Shown here one piece after another: positions 53,771 to 64,000 of a stretch of DNA of 64,000 nucleotides. The notes under the pieces were generated by a model. It had not been told where the DNA came from and did not search any database. It saw only the letters and a list, made by a program, of their open reading frames with translations. Numbering within the stretch: position 1 is the first letter of the stretch; every line of letters begins with the position of its first letter. The DNA comes from Octopus vulgaris (lineage: Eukaryota), in assembly GCA_951406725.2 (NCBI GenBank), contig OX597825.1:89342001-89406000 (forward strand). Direction: 5' to 3'. A program made the position numbers and the translations under genes.

Positions 53771-54960
53771 TAAATTTTTATCTTGCTGATGTTTTTTTAA
53801 TCCACCAGCATTCCAGATACTTACAAAAACCGGAGAGAATGAAAGAAAGAAGAGAGAGAGAGCGAGCTGGAGAGTAAGATGTGTATGTATGCTCGCGTGT
53901 GTGTGTGTATGTATGTGTGTGTTTGTGCGCGCGCGTGTTGCAGGGGAAGCAGAGATGAACCAATGTGAAAGAGAGAAAAATATGCTGCAACCCTCGCTGT
54001 TTCCGCTACTTTAATCTTTAAGCATTTTCTATGATTAACATTTATAAGATAAACATGTGTGGAAGAAGACTGACATAGCGACAGACAACTAGACGCGGAC
54101 AGACAGGCAGACAGAAAGAAATAGGGGGTGGATTAGGTGAGGGTTGTTGTGTAGATGGATGGGTGGGGCTGCTGCTGCTGCTGATGATGATAGAGAGAGA
54201 AAGAGATGAGTGAAAGCATGAATGAATTGTAGAAGTAAATGTACTGCGGTGCAGAAAGAAAAAAATAGAAGCAAGGAATGAAAACAAAACAAACAAAAAA
54301 AAAAAGACAAGTAAGAAAGAAAGAAAGAAAGAGGAAAAGGCAGGAAAAGGTAAGAGAAAGATGGAAAGAAGAAAGGAGAAGAGAGAAAAGGCGGCTGAAT
54401 GAACAAGTGGTTATGAAGAGATAGATTGATTAATAGATAGAATATACAGACAGGATTGATGTTAAATGTATCAGCTGTAGAGAGTGGTGTGAGGCGAAGT
54501 GGGTGTGTGTGTGTGTGTGATATTGATGTATATAGAATTGGAGAGATAGTGTTAGATATATAGATGGATAGAGAGGTAGGTATTACTGGATGGTGAGTAA
54601 GAAGGGAGGGAGTGTGTGAGGGTTGTTGGAAAAAATAAATAGTTGTTGCCTGAAGTGCGAGATAGTTATATAAAGGGATTGCTGGCTGGCTGGCTGGCCG
54701 GCTGTCTGGTTGGATGGGTGTTGGATGGATCGATGGTTAGATGTTTCGAAACAGACAGAAAACTCGATTGTTACTTGTTTGGATAGGAATAGAGAAAATG
54801 GATCGATACGCACGCGCGCGCAAGCGTGTGTGTAATTAGTTCGGAAAATTGACAGGTACGTTTGATATCAGACTGAAAGAGTGTGATGATGACTGCCAGA
54901 ATAGGTAGAAGATAAACAGTGAGATAAATTAGTTACATACAGCTATATAGATAAACAGTG

Positions 54961-55065
<105 letters not shown>

Positions 55066-55494
55066 TGAATACTTCTGCTTAATTAATGTTACGGGATGGA
55101 AAATACATAACGAATAAGAAAGAAATAAGACGAACTGTATGTGTTTCATATGATAGGTATATGCGAAATCTGAAGTGTTTAAGATACGCGGAAGGGAGAA
55201 AAAAAAACGTCAGATTCTAAAGTATCAAATGAGATAAAGATGCGAGTACGAGTTATGTAGTTAAGAATTATATAACAAGTGGAAAGTCCATGTGGAAGCC
55301 ACGATTTTCATCAAGTGCAACAGACTATTTGTAGTCTTCGAGTAACTAATACAAAGCGTGTGTACACATTCACATTATATATATATATAGGCACGTTTCA
55401 CACGTATAGACACGAATCTCACTATCTCCCTATTTATCAATCTACTATCTATCTACACACAAACAATCATATATATATATGCACGTTTGTGTGT

Positions 55495-55660
55495 AGATAC
55501 ATATATATATATGTATATATATATGTATGCATATATATATATATATGTATATATATACATATATGTATATATATATATGTGTGTATATATATACATATAT
55601 GTATATATATATATATGTATATATATATATGTATATATATAAATGTGTATATATATATGT

Positions 55661-55729
<69 letters not shown>

Positions 55730-56206
55730 TATATGTATGTATATATATATATATACGTATATATATATATGTGTGTGTGTGTGTGTATATATATGTATAT
55801 ATATATATATGTATATATATATATGTATATATGTATATATATGTATATATGTATATATATGTATATATATATATAGATATGTATATATATAGATATGTAT
55901 ATATATATAGATATGTATATATATAGATATGTATATATATAGATATGTATATATCTATATATATGTATGTATATATATGTACATATGTATATGTGTATGT
56001 ATATATATGTATATATATATATATGTATGTATATATATATGTATATGTATATATATGTATATATATATATATATGTATATATATATGTATTTAATTATAT
56101 ATGTGAATATATATATATGTGTGTGTGTGTATATATATATGTATATATATATGTATGTATATATATATGTATGTATATATATGTATATATATATATGTAT
56201 GTATAT

Positions 56207-56261
<55 letters not shown>

Positions 56262-56302
56262 TATGTACATATATCTATATATATATATGTATGTATATAT
56301 AT

Positions 56303-56338
<36 letters not shown>

Positions 56339-56557
56339 TTATATATGTACATATATCTATCTATATATATATATGTATGTATATATATATATGTATGTAT
56401 ATATATATGTATGTATATATATATGTACATACATATATGTATATATATATGTGTATATATATATATGTGTATATATATATATGTGTGTATATATATGTGT
56501 GTGTGTGTATATATATATATATATGTGTGTATATATATATATGTGTATATATATATG

Positions 56558-56612
<55 letters not shown>

Positions 56613-56807
56613 TTATATGTACATATATCTATCTATCTATATATATATATGTATGTATATATATATATATGTATATATATATGTATGTATATATATATAT
56701 GTACATATATATATATGTATATATATATATGTGTATATATATATATGTGTATATATATATATGTGTGTATATGTGTGTGTGTATATATATATATGTGTGT
56801 ATATATA

Positions 56808-56870
<63 letters not shown>
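55495..56870. repeat. ~1.4-kb compound (TA)n/(TG)n microsatellite
   Basis: Seen directly. Confidence 0.97.
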
Positions 56871-56876
<6 letters not shown>

Positions 56877-58244
56877 ACCACTTCATGTTTGACAATACAT
56901 TTTACCGTAAAAAATCCGGAATTGCTATGGGTACAAGGGCAGCACCAGTCATTGCGAACCTAACAATGGGATACCTGGAAATAATCATTTACCAGGAATC
57001 TTTATCAATCTTTGGAAACCCCCTCTCTCAATACATAAAAGAGAATTGGAAACAATTCCTGGACGATTGTTTTATACTCTGGAACGAAAACACAGATAAA
57101 CTCCTAAAATTTAAAAACCTATTGAACAGCATAAACCCAAATATAAAGGAGCTCCCATTCTTGGATATACTAATTTAAAAAATTAACCTTAAAATAGAAA
57201 CAGACATTTTTTACAAAGCCACAGACGCCAAACAGTACCTTCTTTTTAATTCATGCCACCCAAGACACACTAAAACAAACATCCCCTTCAACCTTGCAAG
57301 AAGGATATGCACAATAGTGTCAGAACAAAATACCAGGAACTTTAGACTGCAAGAACTCAAAAACACCTTTTTGACAGACATTACCCAGCTCAACTCATAG
57401 AGGATGGGATCAGACGTGCAACAGAAATCAACATAGAAACTTTAAGAAAAGTTCAACACAACAACACACCTTCCCAGAAAATACTACCTTACATAAACAC
57501 ATACAACCCCAGAAACAAAGAAGCCTTCACCATCATCACCCAGAATTTACCAATACTTCATAAGGACCCAAAATTAAAGGAAATTCTAAACATACACCAA
57601 ATCATTAAAAGCTACAAACAACCTAAATCACTTAAAAAGATTCTCACAAAGGCAAAATTGATTTCTGAAATTACGGATGCAAAAGTAAAAAATGTGGTAG
57701 ACCGAACTGTGCAACATGTCCAAACCTGCTAGAAGGATCAGAATTCCTCTTCAAAGAGGGACAGAAATTCAAGATCAAATCTAATTTTACTTATGCCTCT
57801 GAAAACATAATTTATGTCATAAAATGCTCCGGCTGCCACCAAGACTACGTGGGATCCACGGGACTTTCACTCAGACGTAGAGGCACATTGCATCGATAAC
57901 AGATTGCATTCCCAGAATACAGAATGATACCTTTTAGTGAGCACATTGAGAAATGCGCAAAGCGACTACTACCACAATTTTTAATCTTTCCATTTTACCA
58001 ATGTGCTATCGGAACACCAACACAAATTAGACTAAACAAGGAAACATATTTCATTGAAAAGTACAAGCCCAGACTTAACCATTCCAACATACTTATACAG
58101 AGAAATTCACCCCAAAGGAAAGGCAAAAAATTTTAAGCGATTATCTCCCTTACACCGGAAAAAATCACTTATTACCTCCCCTTATCTAGAACTCTCTTCA
58201 AAATAAACATAACGACAACTCTTCTCAACATAAACATAACGACG
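56871..58244 (+). mobile_element. 5'-truncated Penelope-like element (RT C-terminal half + GIY-YIG), frameshifted, running into the gap
   Basis: [77 protein letters not shown]. Confidence 0.92.
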
Positions 58245-58344
58245 NNNNNNNNNNNNNNNNNNNNNNNNNNNNNNNNNNNNNNNNNNNNNNNNNNNNNNNN
58301 NNNNNNNNNNNNNNNNNNNNNNNNNNNNNNNNNNNNNNNNNNNN
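58245..58344. other. Assembly gap (100 N)
   Basis: Seen directly. Confidence 1.
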
Positions 58345-58517
58345 ACATTTCTACAAGAGTTTACTGGCTGTCGGAGGTCCTGTTTATATTGACTGTTGTT
58401 TTCACCAAGTCATTTATTTATTAAAAAAAAAATATATATATATATAAACTATGAGCTATGGTTAGATGTGTGTATTTCCATTTCTGTGTGTGCGACTACG
58501 TGCTTTTATATACATGT

Positions 58518-58593
<76 letters not shown>

Positions 58594-58594
58594 G

Positions 58595-58756
58595 TCTACA
58601 TCCCCGTAACTTAGAGGTTCAGCGAAAGAGACTGTTAGAATAAGTACTAGACCTACAAAGAATAAGTCCTGGGGTCGATATGCTCGACTGAAGGTATTGT
58701 TCCAGCATGGCCACAGTTAAATGACTGAAACAAGTAAATGAGAGTAAAAGAGTAAA
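58595..58756 (+). mobile_element. SINE 3' half with LINE-type tail (similar copy at ~63745-63885)
   Basis: ccagcatggccacagttaaatgactgaaacaagtaaatgagagtaaaagag. Confidence 0.8.
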
Positions 58757-59109
58757 TAGCGACAAAAGTCTATAACCTGTTCACTAGGGAGATAGCTGAA
58801 AATATCTCCTAATCGTCATATAATACCTTTCATGTTGTAATTTCTGTAATAGGTGTGTTCGTTTTACGACTACGAAAGATGACACGACCATGCGCACACC
58901 AACAGAGACACATACACATCCAAGTAATCTGCTGGTACCTTTAACAAATAAACATTGACTAGCTGATCATTTACATTTCACTACACCCCACAAATATATA
59001 AAGTAATAATGTTATCTAGTACTACCCTTCGGACATAATCAAGTTTATTTTTTGCTTTAGATAGTATATATGCGTGTGTGGGTATATACATGTATATCTG
59101 TATGTATAC

Positions 59110-59141
<32 letters not shown>

Positions 59142-59169
59142 CTTATTATAAATACTGGAGCGCCGCCTT

Positions 59170-60960
59170 TACTCGAGCACATCGTTCGCAGCACTTATTC
59201 TTTGTAAGCCTAGTATTTATTCTAACTTATTCTCTTTTGCCGAACCGCTAAAATACAAGGAATAAAACACACCAGCATCGGTTAAAAACATCAACAACTA
59301 CAGTCAATCGAAGATAATGACCAAACTGTCTACTCTTATCCACCAGTTCCAACACGATTTAACAAAAAAGGAGACAAATTGCTTGACTATATTTGACTGC
59401 AAAGCCAGTAACATCTGTGGACTTCCCAAAATCTAAATAAGTTAAGCCATAAACAAAACCTGTAACAAGTTAACTTCTATAGTCATAAATATTCCACACC
59501 CGAGAGATCTCCGAATGAGGCCAATTATGGCCGATCCAGGTATGTAGCTACAGGGAGCATTGGGTGCTTAACAATCGCAAATCTGAAGTCGCAATAAATT
59601 GAACTTCTTTTCATTTAGCAGCTAGTGATTTGAAAATGTGGGTATCTTGGAAATGCTTAAACTGTTTGTTGTAGCTGTAATTGTCGCACACACACAAACG
59701 AATAAAAACACAGTCGCTCACACACACGTACACACAGAGATAAAAACAATCACACAAACAGAAACACTGAAATGAAAATACCGACACACACAAATAAAAA
59801 CAGTTCCACGTACACAAACACTGATACATGTAGGGAAGTAACTCTGGAAGATTTTGTAATTATCTCCCTTTCAAGAGTTCCTTCCCTTGCCTTGTATATT
59901 TAACAATTATTAGTATGTGTGAGGGAAGTAACACTGGAAGATATTGGAGTTATCTTCCTTAGTAGAGTTACTTACCTTGCATATTATAATTTAATAGCTA
60001 ATTTACGCGAGGGGAGTAACTCTAGAAAGGAAGATAACTACAAAAATCTACCAGAGTTACTTCCCTTACATTAACTTTAAATCTTTTCCTGGTTTAGTTA
60101 TTTCACTGTGCCCATGCTGGAGCACAGCCTTTTCTAGAGCAAATCGACAATGGGACTTTTATCAACTTCAGTCTAGTATTTATTCTGTTGGTCTTCTTTT
60201 CCCGAAGGGATAAGTTAATGGAGTGTAAACATCACCGGCATCGGTTTTGGGGACATCGAATAATACACACATATACATATAAATATCTATATGTATATAC
60301 ATGTTTCTCTATATATATATATATATATACCAATCTATCTTCTTCGAGCACATCGTCAGCAGCACTTATTCTTTTCTGCCGAGCCTCTGAAATACAGGGA
60401 GTAAAACACACCTGTATCGGTAAAAACATCAACAGTTACAGTTGTTCGAAGGTAATGGCCAAACTGTCTACTCTTATCCACCAGTTCCAACACGATTTAA
60501 CCAAAAAGGAGACAAATTGCTTGACTAGATTTCACTGCAAAGCCAGTAACATCTATGAACTTCCCAAAATCTAAATAAGTTAAGCCATAAACAAAACCTG
60601 TAAAAGTTAACTTCTATAGTTATAAATATTCCACACCCGAGAGGTCTCCGAATGAGACCAATTATGGCCGATCCAGGTATGTAGATACGGGGTGCTTAAC
60701 ACTCGCAAATCTGAAGTCGCTAAAGGTGCAATGAATTGAACTTCTTTTCATTTAGAACTTAGGGATCTGCAAATGTGGGTATCTTGGAGATGCTTAAAGT
60801 GTTTGTTGTAGCTGTAATTGTCGCACACACACAAACGAATAAAAACACAGTCGCTCACGTACACACAGAAATAAAAACATTCACACAAACACAAACACTG
60901 AAATGAAAATACCAACACACACAAACATATAAAAACAGTCCCACGCACACAAACACTGAA
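59170..60960 (+). repeat. Two diverged copies (59170-59825, 60343-60960) of a module: SINE piece + PLE RT N-terminal fragment + CA-rich repeat
   Basis: Both encode KLSTLIHQFQHDLTKKE..(G/E)LPKI and LRMRPIMADP (cf. PLE GLPKIHK..LRPI); the CA-rich part recurs at ~61410-61615 and ~63405-63635. Confidence 0.8.
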
Positions 60961-61997
60961 AAAAAAATTCTCACAAAAACACTCACATACGCACAAAGAC
61001 AAACACACAAATGAAAATACACAGCTACATATTCAAACACTCAAACACGCGGACAAACACAGAAATGAAGACAGTTACATAACTACACATGCACAAACAC
61101 AGACACACACAAATAGAAATGAAAAATACAGTTACACATCCAAACTCTCACACACTCACATACGCACAAACACACACTCACACACACAAACATACGCACC
61201 CACACACAGAAATGAAAACGCAGTTACACACTCACACATAAAACCCTAACACTAAATAGCACAAACATACAATTTATTCAGAATGTAAAGGGGCATTGGG
61301 TGCATTGAACTCGCAGTTAGAATATCAGCCCCCTCCACGCCAGTATGAGAATTTCTTTTATCCACTTGTGAAATTAATACACTGTCGACACATGGGAAAA
61401 ATATGAGCAGCATCTGAAGTCACTAAAGGTGCAATAAATTGAACTTGTTTTGATTTAGTACTTAGTGATCTCAAATGTGGGTATCTTAGAAATGGTCAAA
61501 GTGCTTGTTGCATTTGTGTCGCACACACACAAACAAATAGAAACACTCAGTCGCTCACACACTCGCGCACACAGAAATAAAAACACTCTCACACACACAC
61601 ACACAAACACTGAAAGTGTATATTACGAACTACATACTTAAGGGAGATAACTACAAAGTATCTTCTACAGTTACTTCCCTTGAATATTATATTTTAACAA
61701 TAATGAAATAATATGCAAGAGAAATTAACTCTCGGAAGGGAGACAACTAGATAACATCTTCCAGAGTTACTTTCCTTACATATAATTATATTACTTTGAT
61801 TAAATTATAATGTACAGAGGGAAATAACTCTCGAAAATATTATTCAGACATGACACACTTTTACGATTTTTTGGAGTTTAACTGCTCTCTCTAGTGAGTC
61901 TGATATCCCATTATGGCCATCCCTTATATGTTTAAATATCTATATGTATATACATATATCTGTCAATATATACCTGTCTCTCTCTCTCTCTCTCTCT

Positions 61998-62059
<62 letters not shown>

Positions 62060-62069
62060 CTATCTATAT

Positions 62070-63112
62070 ACGACGGGCTACTTTCTGTTTCCGTGTACCA
62101 AATCTACTCAGAAATGTTGGTCTGTCCGAGGCTATATTGGAAGACACTTGCCCATGGGGCCACGTAGTTGGACTGAACCAGAATCACCGTGTTTGGAAAG
62201 GAAGCTACATACCACAGCCACTCTTACTGCTACATACATATGTATATATATATATATATACGACAGTCTTCTTTTAGTTTCCGTCTCTCAAATCCACTCA
62301 CAAGGCTTGGGTCAGCCCGAGACTATAGTAGAAGACATTTGCCCAACATGCCACCCAGTGGGACTGAACTCGAAACATTTGTTAGGTAAGCAATCTAATT
62401 CCCATTCAGACACTACTGTGTATGTTAACCGGACAAGTTCAAGGTGAGCCCTACTTGTTTGTATGTAAATGAGTTCATTAATGAGGTCCGGAACTTTCAC
62501 AGCTGGTTCCCATAAGACAATGCAACCACCTTGGGTATAGGTGGACTGTGCTCACACACGCACAAACACCCACAAGTCCGCACCCACGAATATAGATACA
62601 TGCAAAGACGCAATCTCGTACCTATTTATGTTTTAAATATGTTGACCTTAAAACTGCGACATTCTGGAAACACACGTTTGCACTCATGCACATAGAGACA
62701 TGCATATACGCAAACTCGTAGCTATTTGTGTTTTAAACATGTTGACCTTTAAACCGTGACATTCTGTGTCTGGTTGTGCGCGCATTTCTGTGAGAATGAT
62801 TGCTCACGAACCGCAATGCGATGAGTTCAAACCAACAGCGTTGCACCCTGGTAAGTGTATTCAACTATAGCCTTGGGCCGACCAAAGTATGCTGAGTGGA
62901 GTTAGTAGAGGGAAACTAAAAGAATCCCGTTGTATATATGAATATCGGCGTAGCAATGGCTATGTTGTAAGTAGTTCGCTTACGAACCACATGGTTTGGT
63001 GTTCACTCCCACTGCCTGTCATCTTATGCCATTGTCTACTACTGTACCCCAAGGCCGAACTAATCCTTGTGATTGGATTTAGTGGAAGGAAACTGAAAAA
63101 ATACCATCGTAT
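62070..63112. mobile_element. Four SINE 5' halves (two minus at 62070-62420, two plus at 62770-63112)
   Basis: Homology to 8495-8635; gggcaagtgtctt-type segment and gtggatttggt..cggaaactgaaagaagcccgt. Confidence 0.7.
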
Positions 63113-63123
63113 ATATGTTTAAA

Positions 63124-63155
<32 letters not shown>

Positions 63156-63311
63156 TTCGCACTCGAAGGGCACACGAGAATGCACGCACGTACTATCACA
63201 CATACAGATGCAAGTTTTCTTAATAAAACGGAAAGAACTCCCATTCCATCCCTTACAGTTTCTTTTTTGTTTTAGATACTACATATACGTGTGTTGGTAT
63301 ATTCACGTATA

Positions 63312-63354
<43 letters not shown>

Positions 63355-64000
63355 GACATATAAATACACAAACACATACATGTGTGTGTGTGTATATATA
63401 TAAATGTGCAATAAATTGAACTTATTTTGATTTAGTATTTAGTGATCTCAAATGTGGGTATCTTACAAATGGTCAAAGTGTTTGTTGTAGTTGTAAGTGT
63501 CGCACACACACAAACAAATAGAAACACTCAGTCGCCCACACACTCGCGCACACAGAAATATACACACTCTCACACACAAACACTGAAATGAAAATACCCA
63601 CACTCACATAAATAAAAACAGTCCCACACACACAAGGAGCCCCAATAGGTCTATCAAAGAAGTTTCTAGTATTTTTCCTAGCCCATAATTTATGATAATT
63701 GAAATTATTACAATAAATAAATACCTACTACATCAGTATATCGAACATTACGTCCCTGTAACTTATCGGTTCTGCAAAAGAGACCTATACATGAAGTAAT
63801 AGGCATACAAAGAATAATTCCTGGGGTTGATTTGCTTCACTAAAGGCGGTGCTCCACCATGGTCACAGTGAAATAACTGAAAGAGTCTAACAGCGACAAA
63901 GTGTATATTACGATAACTACATACTTAAGGGTGATAAGTACAAAGTATCTTCTACAGTTACTTCCCTTGAATATTATAATTTAACAATAAAAAATATGCA

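Overview
Eukaryotic, very AT-rich, repeat-saturated DNA. The SINE families, large (TA)n tracts and LINE mix suggest an octopus/cephalopod genome (inference). I found one host coding exon: the first coding exon of a cationic amino-acid transporter (SLC7/CAT family) on the minus strand at 52859-52976. No next exon was found, so about 52 kb of the window is probably one giant intron. The rest is CR1-group LINEs (one nearly intact), an RTE LINE, R4/Dong-type and mariner remnants, Penelope-like elements (PLEs), tRNA-type SINEs, a ~5.17-kb tandem duplication (about 2.3 copies) and a 100-N gap. The most notable unannotated signal is a set of type I hammerhead-ribozyme motifs in PLE-type terminal repeats. 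Three sets form tail-out inverted pairs, including a near-perfect 462-bp ORF-less palindrome with a U3-A8 hammerhead in each arm. Most long ORFs in the supplied track are microsatellite artefacts. Element boundaries were estimated by eye and are approximate.
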